Source: Polaromonas sp. (GTDB taxonomy: Bacteria; Pseudomonadota; Gammaproteobacteria; Burkholderiales; Burkholderiaceae_C). From it: a stretch of 64,000 bases of DNA. Numbering within the stretch: position 1 is the stretch's first letter; each line of letters starts with the position of its first letter. The notes beneath the pieces are model-generated. The model was not told where the DNA came from. It worked only from the letters and a program-made list of their open reading frames with translations, and searched no databases. The translations under genes and the position numbers were made by a program. Shown here in pieces: positions 9,955-18,354 of the stretch. The stretch is from positions 60,202 through 124,201 of the forward strand of contig NZ_JAYWHI010000031.1 of assembly GCF_043778355.1 (NCBI RefSeq). The letters are read 5' to 3'.

Positions 9955-10201
9955 AATTTATTCATGATCCAGAATTTCAGATTGCCGGGCAGAACCAGAT
10001 GACAAATTCATTGGCCTTGGCGCTTGACGGACATAGTGACGCGAGGAAAGGGCCGGTTTACAGCTTGACCCCATCGGAAACAAGCGCGTCCTATTTTGCA
10101 CCCGCCACAGTATCGTCGCCGGTAGCCGAAACAGAAACGCTGCATGCATTCGCGAAAGCGGGTGTTCGTACAAGATTGATCATTGACCGAGCGTCCGTGC
10201 C

Positions 10202-11638
10202 GTGGTCTCGGCGAAGGGGATGCCGGGCGGGCAGCGCCCCCACAACGATGACAATTCGCCAGCAAAGCCTAGCCCGACCGCCTGTGTGAACAAACCCGCA
10301 TCCTCCTGCCCCGGCACCACCCATACTCTGCGGGAGGTCCAGACGTCAACGACGCTGCGGGGATCGGCCTGGAGCCGCGTCGTGCGCTGGCTCAGGGAAG
10401 AAGTCATCACCTCGCCGCTGGTGCCGGTACTTCATCCCACGCCCCTGCGTATCAAGGGTCTGGGCTTGTTCACATTGATCGGGCACCCGCTGTTCTGGTG
10501 GGTCTGGTCCGTGTTGCTGCCCCAGCCCTATGAAAATCTGGGTCTCCGGATTTTTACGAGCTCATTGGGACTGCTTTTAATCAGCAACCGGATCAGCCGC
10601 CAGCCGTCGAGTGCTCTTGCCGGCCATGTCTTCAGTGCGGTGATCTGGTTTGAGTTGCCATTTCTTTTTTCCTACATGTACCTTTGCAATGGGGGCAACA
10701 CGGCATGGCTGTCGAGCATGGCGGCAATGATCCTGATCTACTATTTTGTGACGGACTGGCGCATTGCCACCTTGGGTCTGGCTGCAGCAGCCCTGCTGGC
10801 AGGCGCCGTCTTCTGGTTATGGGGTCCCGCCGTGCCACCCATGACGACAACCACCCTGCTGACTGGCGCGATGGTGATTTTTTTCTGTGTGAGCATGGGC
10901 CTCCTGCTGGGCTTGTCTTCGGCCAACCTCCGGCGCGAGCAGTTGAACCACACGCTGACGACCATGGGTATCATGGCGCACGAATTGCGTACCCCCCTGG
11001 CCACCATGTCGCTGATAGGAGACGCTTTGAGAAATGAAGCCCGGCAGCCCAGGAACGCAGGGAGCGATCAACGGTTTGAGCAACTCGTGATCAGACTGCA
11101 CAGTATGGTGCGTACCATGAACCAGCAAATCGACACTCAAATCGTCAACGCGGGCCTGCAGCGCCTGCCGACCCATAAGGAAACAGTGACGGCCTCTGAA
11201 CTGCTGCGCAATGTGGTCAGGGACTATCCCTACCGCAATTCGCGGGAACGGGACAGCGTCGTGCTGGTGCTTCGCAAGGACTTTTCCTTCGAGTCGTCCG
11301 GTCGGCTTTTTACCCAGGTCATCAACAACCTCCTGAAGAATGCTTTTCGTTCTCTGGCGGCAGGCAGTTCTTCCCCCAATCCGGGCGATTTGCGTATCGA
11401 AGTCGGCGTTCTCAACGGCTCCGGTCGAATTTTCATCGAGGATCAGGGGGTTGGCATCGCACCTGAATTGCAGACCCGGATTTTTGAGCCCTTTTTTTCC
11501 ACCGATTACGGTACCGGTCACGGTCTGGGACTGGCCTTTTGCCAGCAGGTCGTGCAAAGCGCTCATGGGAGCATCCGGGTCAAATCGGAACCCGGCCGCG
11601 GCGCCCTGTTCATCATTGAGCTTCCAGTCCTGACCTAG
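10202..11638 (+). CDS. cqsS: CqsS/LqsS-type membrane sensor histidine kinase (alpha-hydroxyketone receptor, no receiver domain)
   Basis: About 6 hydrophobic segments with PQPYENLGLR (CqsS-type PQxYENLGLR), H-box AHELRTPL, N-box NLLKNA, G-boxes DQGVGI and GHGLGL; start uncertain (10202-10220 or later). Confidence 0.85.
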   Translation: MVSAKGMPGGQRPHNDDNSPAKPSPTACVNKPASSCPGTTHTLREVQTSTTLRGSAWSRVVRWLREEVITSPLVPVLHPTPLRIKGLGLFTLIGHPLFWWVWSVLLPQPYENLGLRIFTSSLGLLLISNRISRQPSSALAGHVFSAVIWFELPFLFSYMYLCNGGNTAWLSSMAAMILIYYFVTDWRIATLGLAAAALLAGAVFWLWGPAVPPMTTTTLLTGAMVIFFCVSMGLLLGLSSANLRREQLNHTLTTMGIMAHELRTPLATMSLIGDALRNEARQPRNAGSDQRFEQLVIRLHSMVRTMNQQIDTQIVNAGLQRLPTHKETVTASELLRNVVRDYPYRNSRERDSVVLVLRKDFSFESSGRLFTQVINNLLKNAFRSLAAGSSSPNPGDLRIEVGVLNGSGRIFIEDQGVGIAPELQTRIFEPFFSTDYGTGHGLGLAFCQQVVQSAHGSIRVKSEPGRGALFIIELPVLT

Positions 11639-11653
11639 AAGAATGCGCTTCCT

Positions 11654-12631
11654 ATGAGTTTTCCTCTTTTTCGCCGTCCGGGGACGGTCGTTTTTCTGGA
11701 TGATGATCAGGCCTATCTGGAAATGCTGGCCATGGTGCTGCCGGAGCAATGGCATATCCGGTTCTATCTGCGGCCACAGGTTTGCATCAACCAGTTGCAG
11801 CAGGAGCCTCCGCTGTGGGAGGCAGACGCCTGGGCGCAGCAGGAGATCATTGACAACTGGCGCGCAGGCAGGCCGCTGATACCGCAAATCCTGCGCTACT
11901 GGGCGACCGAGCCGGGGCGTTTTGGGCTGACCCAGGTATGTGTCTTTGACTACGCGATGCCCGGTATGGACGGCCTGCAGGCACTGGGCGAACTCACCGA
12001 CTGGCCAGGGGGACGGGTGCTGCTGACGGGTCAAGCCGACGAACATGTAGCGGTCAGTGCCTTCAACCGGGGACTGATTGACCAGTTCATCGCCAAGCAG
12101 ACGCCCGATATTTCCCAGTACCTCATCGCGGTGGTCCAACGCATGATTGACAGGCCGCAAATGCGCCATTCCCAAATCTGGCGAACCGCGCTCAGTCAAC
12201 CGCAGCACGCCTTGCTACAGGTGCCCTCGGTCGCGCGACAACTTGGCAGTCTGGCCAGCGCCCACTGGGTGGAGCATGTGGTTATTGGCCAGCCTTTCGG
12301 CATTTTGGGCATGGATGCAGAAGGGCGTGTCAGCTGGCTGCAACTGGAATCTGCTGCAGACCTGGCGGAACTGGCGGAGCTGGCTGAAATCCAGGGCGTG
12401 GGCGCTGCGGAGGCGGCAGATATCCGGGATGGCCGGACACTGGTGGATCTGGAGCTCCAGCAGGCCTTGGGGCAGTTAGGCCCTGCCCGGCGGGCTCAGG
12501 CGTTTTCAATCGGCCATGAAGGTTCGTTGCTGGCCGCATTGTTCCCGGTTGACTCCTCCGCAAACCCACCCGGACTGACAGGCTACGGCCAGTGGCTCAG
12601 ACAACACGGCCACCGCACAGTCCAGGACTAG
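11654..12631 (+). CDS. lqsR: LqsR-like response regulator
   Basis: VVFLDDD, FDYAMPGMDG phospho-acceptor, LLTGQADE, AFNRGLIDQFIAK as in LqsR; no HTH output domain; 15 bp downstream of the kinase. Confidence 0.8.
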   Translation: MSFPLFRRPGTVVFLDDDQAYLEMLAMVLPEQWHIRFYLRPQVCINQLQQEPPLWEADAWAQQEIIDNWRAGRPLIPQILRYWATEPGRFGLTQVCVFDYAMPGMDGLQALGELTDWPGGRVLLTGQADEHVAVSAFNRGLIDQFIAKQTPDISQYLIAVVQRMIDRPQMRHSQIWRTALSQPQHALLQVPSVARQLGSLASAHWVEHVVIGQPFGILGMDAEGRVSWLQLESAADLAELAELAEIQGVGAAEAADIRDGRTLVDLELQQALGQLGPARRAQAFSIGHEGSLLAALFPVDSSANPPGLTGYGQWLRQHGHRTVQD

Positions 12632-13914
12632 GATTTTCTGCCGCCATCCTGATTGCCAGCCACTTCGGCAGCTCGTGCACGTCGGGCGATTGGCCAGTCC
12701 CAGGGCTTCACCACAAGCGCCACCTCACGCGTTGCTGCCTCGACGTGGTCGAGTTCGGCGTCGGTCAGGGCCGCGTGCAGCGTGAGCCGCACCATCGCGC
12801 GGTTGCGGCTGGTGGCGGGCGCGCAGAAGATCGAACCGACCACACCGCGTGATTCCAACTCGTCGCGCAACACCATGGCGGCCGCCTCCGTGCCTGCTTC
12901 GAGCGCAATGATCTGTTCGGTGCCGTGGTGAATGGGAAAACCCGAATCGGCAAGACTCTGGCGCAAACGCGCGGTGTTCGCATGCAGGCGCTGGCGCGCC
13001 TCGTCACTGTCGCGGATCACGCCCAGGGTCGCTGACAAACCCGCGATCTCGTGGGGCAGCAGGGAAGAACTGAAAATATTCGGAAAACTTGAAATGAGCG
13101 TGTAGTAGCGCATGCTGGCCGGCGCCGTAAAAAACCCGGCCCTGCCGGCGAAAGCCTTGGCAAGACTTGCGGTAATGAAGTGCACCCGATGCGTCACGCC
13201 AAGCTCCGCGCACAATCCGGCACCCCGAGGTCCATGCGTGCCCAGCGAATGCGACTCATCGACCACGATCATACTGTGATGACGCTCCACCACCTCCAGG
13301 ATGTCCAGCAACGGGCACAAGGCCCCCGTGGTGCTGTACACCGAGTCGACCACAACAACACCGGGGCCGTGACGCTGCAACATGCGGTCCAGGTGTTCGG
13401 GGTCGTTGTGGCGGAACGCGTGGGCTGGCGCCTTTGCGGCACGGGCGCCTTCCCACAAGGACATGTGCGCCAATCCGTCGAGGTAGACCGGCGTGTCCTC
13501 GTCCGCGATGATCTGCAGCAACCCCATGTTGGCCGTGTAGCCAGACTGGCAGAGGTAGCCGTCCTCCTTGCCAAGCCAATGCGACAGATCAGCCTCAAAC
13601 GCATGCACAGGATGGCCGCCCAGAAGAAATACGCCGGACTGCACAACAGCCTCGCTGTCCTGGCGCAGCGCAGTAATCTGCGCCCCAACAATATCCGGAT
13701 GACCGGTGACGTTGAGGTAGTCGTTTCCGTCCAGACGCACCGCATCAGGTCCCACTGCACGGCCGTGCAGCACAAATTTGCCGCCCCACTGGTGCTCCCA
13801 TCGGGGGGCAAAGTCGCGAGTGATACGTTGCTGCAAATGTGCGGACAACGCGGGCTCGACCGCTGGTTTTATTGAAACATCCTGGGCAGAGTGATCAAGA
13901 AGAGGTGTTGGCAT
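12628..13914 (-). CDS. cqsA: CqsA/LqsA-type alpha-hydroxyketone autoinducer synthase (PLP-dependent, AONS-like fold)
   Basis: CQSGYTAN, FRHND, VVDSVYST, VDESHSLGTHG and PLP-lysine motif TASLAKAF match CqsA rather than BioF; convergent with lqsR. Confidence 0.9.
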   Translation of the reverse strand: MPTPLLDHSAQDVSIKPAVEPALSAHLQQRITRDFAPRWEHQWGGKFVLHGRAVGPDAVRLDGNDYLNVTGHPDIVGAQITALRQDSEAVVQSGVFLLGGHPVHAFEADLSHWLGKEDGYLCQSGYTANMGLLQIIADEDTPVYLDGLAHMSLWEGARAAKAPAHAFRHNDPEHLDRMLQRHGPGVVVVDSVYSTTGALCPLLDILEVVERHHSMIVVDESHSLGTHGPRGAGLCAELGVTHRVHFITASLAKAFAGRAGFFTAPASMRYYTLISSFPNIFSSSLLPHEIAGLSATLGVIRDSDEARQRLHANTARLRQSLADSGFPIHHGTEQIIALEAGTEAAAMVLRDELESRGVVGSIFCAPATSRNRAMVRLTLHAALTDAELDHVEAATREVALVVKPWDWPIARRARAAEVAGNQDGGRKS

Positions 13915-13973
13915 GGTGTTACCGTGTGAAGAAGTAACACCATTGAAAAGGAAATTGACAATTTCGCCTCCGT

Positions 13974-13999
13974 GACCCCTGTCAACATTAACAGGGGTC
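13974..13999. promoter_or_regulatory. lux-box-like palindrome upstream of cqsA
   Basis: GACCCCTGT-CAACATTA-ACAGGGGTC, 9-bp perfect arms, CCTGT-N8-ACAGG geometry, centred about 72 bp upstream of the cqsA ATG. Confidence 0.55.
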
Positions 14000-14061
14000 C
14001 AGCACAGAAATGCAGATCAGAGGCGACTCTTTACCAAATTAAGACCTTTTGTACTACCGCG

Positions 14062-15372
14062 TCAGGCGGTTTGTGTGCCTCGGGTCAGACTCAAAGCGGC
14101 CAACGCCATGATTTTTGCGCTGTCCACCAGTTCCTGTATGCCCACATATTCGTCCGGCTGATGCGCCAGATCCAGGATGCCGGGACCGTAGGCAATACAG
14201 GCGTCAAGCTTACCGGTGCGCACAATGTGTTTCTGATCGTAAGTGCCGGGGCTGGAGATGTAGCTGGCCTCGCGGCCCAGCACGCGGGCAATCGCTCGGG
14301 CAGTCGCCAGCACCACCGGCGCATCCTTTGGCGTGGCGGTTGGCACAAAACTCATGATGTCCTTGATGCCGTAGTTGAAACCCGGCCGACTGCGCTTGAG
14401 CTCTTCGAGCATGGCGACGATTTCAGCTTTCACGGCCTCCAGGTTTTCTTCGGCAATGAAACGCCGATCCAGCACCGCGCGGCAGGAGTGCGCGACCACG
14501 GGTGAGGGCAGGTCGCCGGTTGGTCGGTTCAGGGCGTCCATGGCGAACCGTTGTTCGACCTGGCCACCATGCAGGCTGTTGATGTTAAGTGTGCTGACCC
14601 GAGCGCCGGAGGGCTCCACCGGCTCGGCGGTGTGGCGCTGCGACAGACGCGGCTGCAGTTGCGTTTCCAGCAGATGGATGAAAGCACTCATGTGGTTGAT
14701 GGCGCTGTCGCCCAGAAAAGGCATGGAGCCGTGGGCGATCCGCCCCAGGGTTTCAACCTCGCCCCACCAGACGCCGCGATGGCCCAGGCAGATGCGGTCC
14801 ACACCGAGCGGCTCGGGAATGATCACGTGATGCACACGTGGTTTGGAGAAGTAGCCACGCTCGGCCAGGTAACCGACGCCGGCAAACCCGCCCGACTCCT
14901 CATCCACCGTGCCGGAAATTTCCAGTGCACCGGCAAACGGCAGGCCCTCTTCCAAAATCGCCTCGCAGGCAATCACGCTGGAGGCCAGCCCGCCTTTCAT
15001 GTCGCAGGTGCCGCGTCCAAAGATCTTGCCGTCCCGGATGTCGGCGCCGAAGGGGTCGCTGCTCCAGCCGGAGCCTGCTTCGACCACATCGATGTGGCTG
15101 TTGAAATGCACACACTCGCCGCCGGGCTGGCCTTCATAACGCGCCACCACATTGATGCGTGGGTGCGAATCGCGGTCACCCGGCGCGCCAGTGGCGCGTA
15201 TGTATTCGACGGCAAAGCCGCGCCTGGCAAGCCGTTCACCAAGCAAGCGGGCACAGGCTTCGTAGGCGTCGCCGGGCGGATTCGTTGTAGGGATGCGCAC
15301 CAGGTCTTGCGTGAGGGCCACCACCTCATCGCGTTTGGACTCGATGCGTTTGAGCAGGCTGTCGTTGTTCAT
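14062..15372 (-). CDS. M20 family metallopeptidase (ArgE/DapE-like deacylase)
   Basis: HFNSHIDVV, GRGTCDMKGG, VDEESGG, IIPEP, AHQPDEY metal-binding motifs. Confidence 0.9.
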   Translation of the reverse strand: MNNDSLLKRIESKRDEVVALTQDLVRIPTTNPPGDAYEACARLLGERLARRGFAVEYIRATGAPGDRDSHPRINVVARYEGQPGGECVHFNSHIDVVEAGSGWSSDPFGADIRDGKIFGRGTCDMKGGLASSVIACEAILEEGLPFAGALEISGTVDEESGGFAGVGYLAERGYFSKPRVHHVIIPEPLGVDRICLGHRGVWWGEVETLGRIAHGSMPFLGDSAINHMSAFIHLLETQLQPRLSQRHTAEPVEPSGARVSTLNINSLHGGQVEQRFAMDALNRPTGDLPSPVVAHSCRAVLDRRFIAEENLEAVKAEIVAMLEELKRSRPGFNYGIKDIMSFVPTATPKDAPVVLATARAIARVLGREASYISSPGTYDQKHIVRTGKLDACIAYGPGILDLAHQPDEYVGIQELVDSAKIMALAALSLTRGTQTA

Positions 15373-15436
15373 GCAGTCAGTTTATGTGAACCGCGCTTCG
15401 CTGTCTCGCGGTCTCGGAACTCGTATTTTCAAGCCA

Positions 15437-15603
15437 GGGCCGCAGGTCCGGCTCTGCCGGCCCGCAGGCGCAGCGCCCCATCGGGTGGCAGCGACCACAC
15501 GCAGTGGGGAGCGTGGGGGTTGATGTTTTTTCGCAGGGTGACCCGAGAAAAAATGCGCCCCCTCGGGGGGCAGAGAGCTACACGAGGTGAGCGAACGTGG
15601 GGG
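15437..15603 (+). repeat. Tandem pair of CCCCCTCGGGGGGCAGCG...GTGGGGG palindromic repeats (intergenic)
   Basis: Units at about 15476-15519 and 15555-15603; same family as the copies inside the CDS at 35019-35173. Confidence 0.8.
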
Positions 15604-15605
15604 CT

Positions 15606-16727
15606 CTAACCCTGACGCCACGGCAACCCGCGAAACCGCCAGCCACCGCGCGTGCCGCGATGGGCTTCAGCGTCCGGGTCACCTTCAAAGCCCTCAAGGA
15701 TGTTGTAGGCCTCCAGCCCCAGTTCGGTGGCGCGTTTGGCCGCAGCAATCGAGCGCACCCCGCTTCTGCACAACATCACGGCCTTGCCGCCGGCAGGCAC
15801 GGCGGCCTGCAGGCCTTCGTCGAACTGCGGATTCATGGCCATGCCCGGCCACTGCTTCCAGGCCAGCGCCACCGCACCCGGCACAAAACCGACCCATTCG
15901 CGCTCGGCATCGCTGCGTACGTCAATCAGCACGGCCTGGCCGGCCTGCCACCACTGGCAGGCCAGTTCGGGCGACACATTGCCGGCATAGCCCTGGGCGG
16001 GTTGGACCTGCAGCAAACACGCACCGTCGGCATCCTGACGGCCACTGCCCAGGCCTGAGTTCAGATTCGCCGGCAGCGCCTCGTCGATACGCGCTGGCCG
16101 CGGCAGCTTGAGCTCGGCCATGGTGGCCACGAACTCCGCCAGGCTTTTGCCGGCAATCCGCGGATTGCCGGCCCTCTCCGCAGCGATCGTCGAATGACTC
16201 CGGCCCTGATAATCGTGTCCGGGCCAGACCACGGTGTGGTCTGGCAGTGTGAACAGCCGCTGCGTGATGCTGTGATACAGCGCCTCGGCGCTGCCGGACT
16301 GGAAATCGGTACGGCCACAACCCTTGATGAGCAAGGTGTCGCCGGTAAAAAGATGCTCGCGCCAAAGATAACTGACACTTCCGGCGGTGTGGCCCGGCGT
16401 ATGTATCACCGTGATCTGCTCGCCGCCCACCCGCAGCACGTCGCCCTCCTTGAGCTGACGTGCAGCGCTTGCGATGCCGCAAGCCTCAGGCGCCGCCGTT
16501 TGCGCCCCGGTGTGCTCGGCCAGTTGCCCGGCGCTGGTGATGTGGTCGGCATGGGCGTGGGTTTCAACCGTCCACCGCAGCTTGAGCCCATGGCCTCGAA
16601 GGACGGCGAGATCGCGCTCAAGTTGTTGATCCACCGGGTCGATGATGAGCGCCTCGTGTGTTGCTGGATCGAACAGCACATAGGTGTAGGTGCTGGAAGC
16701 AGGGTCGAAGAGTTGAAGCGGTTTCAT
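15606..16727 (-). CDS. Persulfide dioxygenase (ETHE1-like MBL fold) fused to C-terminal rhodanese
   Basis: ETHAHADH, TPGHT, FTGDTLL, GCGRTDFQ, WPGHDY, then rhodanese DVRS...MLCRSGVRS; start trimmed to ATG 16727. Confidence 0.88.
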   Translation of the reverse strand: MKPLQLFDPASSTYTYVLFDPATHEALIIDPVDQQLERDLAVLRGHGLKLRWTVETHAHADHITSAGQLAEHTGAQTAAPEACGIASAARQLKEGDVLRVGGEQITVIHTPGHTAGSVSYLWREHLFTGDTLLIKGCGRTDFQSGSAEALYHSITQRLFTLPDHTVVWPGHDYQGRSHSTIAAERAGNPRIAGKSLAEFVATMAELKLPRPARIDEALPANLNSGLGSGRQDADGACLLQVQPAQGYAGNVSPELACQWWQAGQAVLIDVRSDAEREWVGFVPGAVALAWKQWPGMAMNPQFDEGLQAAVPAGGKAVMLCRSGVRSIAAAKRATELGLEAYNILEGFEGDPDAEAHRGTRGGWRFRGLPWRQG

Positions 16728-16861
16728 GGCAATTCCGGGTTCGGGCAACGGACACTGACCATCGGCCAATGCATCAGCGCAGCGCCAAGTTTAGACCTGT
16801 GGCACGCGTTCAATCGCAGCGGCTGACCGAGCGCGCAGGTGCAATCACTGAAGCAACAAAT

Positions 16862-16927
16862 TGCTCCTTTTTTTATAGCTGCTCGCCCATGTCGGGCAGG
16901 GGCTAGAGACCAGAAAGGCTGAAAATC
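16862..16927 (+). repeat. ~65-bp dispersed repeat (TGCTAT..ATAGC family), copy 1
   Basis: TGCTCC-T-rich-ATAGCTGCTCGC..GGGCTAGAG..; shares its architecture with six other copies in the window. Confidence 0.7.
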
Positions 16928-17153
16928 AAGGCTGCAGCAACAACCCCGCGCCCTGCCGGGAGGTCAGCATGCGTTTGGGTCGCCGAATCTTGACGAAAAG
17001 CTGACAGCCGCAACGCAAATGGCGCGTTGATAAACAGTTTCACCCCATTTGGGTGCAATCATCGGCATCTCGTTGGTAAAAACCCTCTTTCAAGCCAAGC
17101 GGCAATCGCGAAAGATAGCTTGCTAACTTTCAATCACCATCAGGAGACACGCC

Positions 17154-18275
17154 ATGACAGATATCAAAACACCTCGCCGCCGCAGCCTGCTCAAGGGCGC
17201 CGCTGTCGCAGCGGGCGCCGGAGCCATGTCCGCACCGATGCTGGCCACTGCCCAGACCGCGACCACTCTGCGCTTCCAGAGCACCTGGCCATCGAAAGAC
17301 ATCTTCCATGAGTACGCGTCCGATTTCGCCAAAAAAGTAAATGACATGGCGAGTGGCAAGCTGAAAATCGAGGTGCTGCCTGCGGGCGCTGTTGTGCCTG
17401 CTTTCCAGCTGCTTGAGGCCGTCAACAAGGGCACGCTCGACGGCGGCCACGGCGTGGTGGCTTACCACTACGGCAAGAATTCAGCGCTCGCGCTGTGGGG
17501 TTCCGGTCCGTCCTTCGGCATGGACCCCAACATGCTGCTGGCCTGGCACAACTACGGCGGCGGCAAGGCGCTGCTGGAGGAGATCTACAAATCGATCAAC
17601 ATGGACGTGGTGTCCTACCTGTATGGCCCCATGCCGACCCAGCCGTTCGGCTGGTTCAAGAAACCCATCTCCAAGGTCGAAGACATCAAGGGCATAAAGT
17701 TCCGTACCGTGGGACTGGCCGTTGACATGTACACCGACATGGGCGCGGCGGTGAACCCGCTGCCCGGTGGTGAGATCGTGCCCGCGCTGGACCGCGGCCT
17801 GATCGATGGCGCCGAGTTCAACAACGCTTCGTCGGACAGGTTGCTGGGCTTCCCCGACGTGGTCAAGAACTGCATGCTGCAGAGCTTCCACCAGAGCGGC
17901 GAGCAGTTCGAGATTCTGTTCAACAAAGGCAAGCTCAACGCCCTGCCTGCCGAACTCAAGTCCATCATCGACTACGCCGTTCAGGCGGCCAGCGCCGACA
18001 TGAGCTGGAAGGCCACCGAGCGCAATTCACAAGACTACATCGAGCTCAAAAAGGCTGGCGTCAAGTTTTACAAAACGCCCGACGCGATCCTGCGCGCCCA
18101 GCTCGCGTCCTGGGACAAGATCATGGTCAAGAAGGGCGGAGAGAACGCACTGTTCAAGAAGGTGCTCGACTCGCAAAAAGCCTTTGCCGCACGCGCGGGC
18201 CAGTGGCACAACGATTACACCGTGGACTTCAAGATGGCCTACAACCATTATTTCGGCAAGGGCAAAAAAGCCTGA
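17154..18275 (+). CDS. TRAP transporter substrate-binding protein DctP (TakP-like)
   Basis: Tat-like RRSLLK leader, LRFQSTW, GKLKIEVLPAGAVV, ALDRGLIDGAEF. Confidence 0.9.
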   Translation: MTDIKTPRRRSLLKGAAVAAGAGAMSAPMLATAQTATTLRFQSTWPSKDIFHEYASDFAKKVNDMASGKLKIEVLPAGAVVPAFQLLEAVNKGTLDGGHGVVAYHYGKNSALALWGSGPSFGMDPNMLLAWHNYGGGKALLEEIYKSINMDVVSYLYGPMPTQPFGWFKKPISKVEDIKGIKFRTVGLAVDMYTDMGAAVNPLPGGEIVPALDRGLIDGAEFNNASSDRLLGFPDVVKNCMLQSFHQSGEQFEILFNKGKLNALPAELKSIIDYAVQAASADMSWKATERNSQDYIELKKAGVKFYKTPDAILRAQLASWDKIMVKKGGENALFKKVLDSQKAFAARAGQWHNDYTVDFKMAYNHYFGKGKKA

Positions 18276-18295
18276 GTTGAGCCACGGCCTCTGAG

Positions 18296-18326
18296 GGGCA
18301 CCTGAGGGTGCCCTTTTTGTTTTTTT
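18296..18326 (+). terminator. Intrinsic terminator/attenuator between dctP and dctQ
   Basis: GGGCACC-TGAG-GGTGCCC hairpin followed by a T-tract. Confidence 0.75.
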
Positions 18327-18354
18327 CTGGGACCGCTGGGCGGCGCAAGGAGTT

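Noticed and set aside
12628-13914. Annotation as 8-amino-7-oxononanoate synthase (bioF) or 5-aminolevulinate synthase
   Set aside because: Same fold, but the CQSG, DESHSLGTHG and TASLAK motifs and the adjacent CqsS/LqsR-like genes favour CqsA/LqsA; no other bio genes nearby
13974-13999. Inverted repeat as intrinsic terminator of the M20 gene
   Set aside because: No U-tract follows on the minus strand and the 8-nt AT-rich centre matches the second site at luxR; not fully excluded
15382-15621. 79-aa ORF with SLPPEGA motif
   Set aside because: It is the translation of the intergenic repeat pair, with no RBS or independent evidence of being a gene
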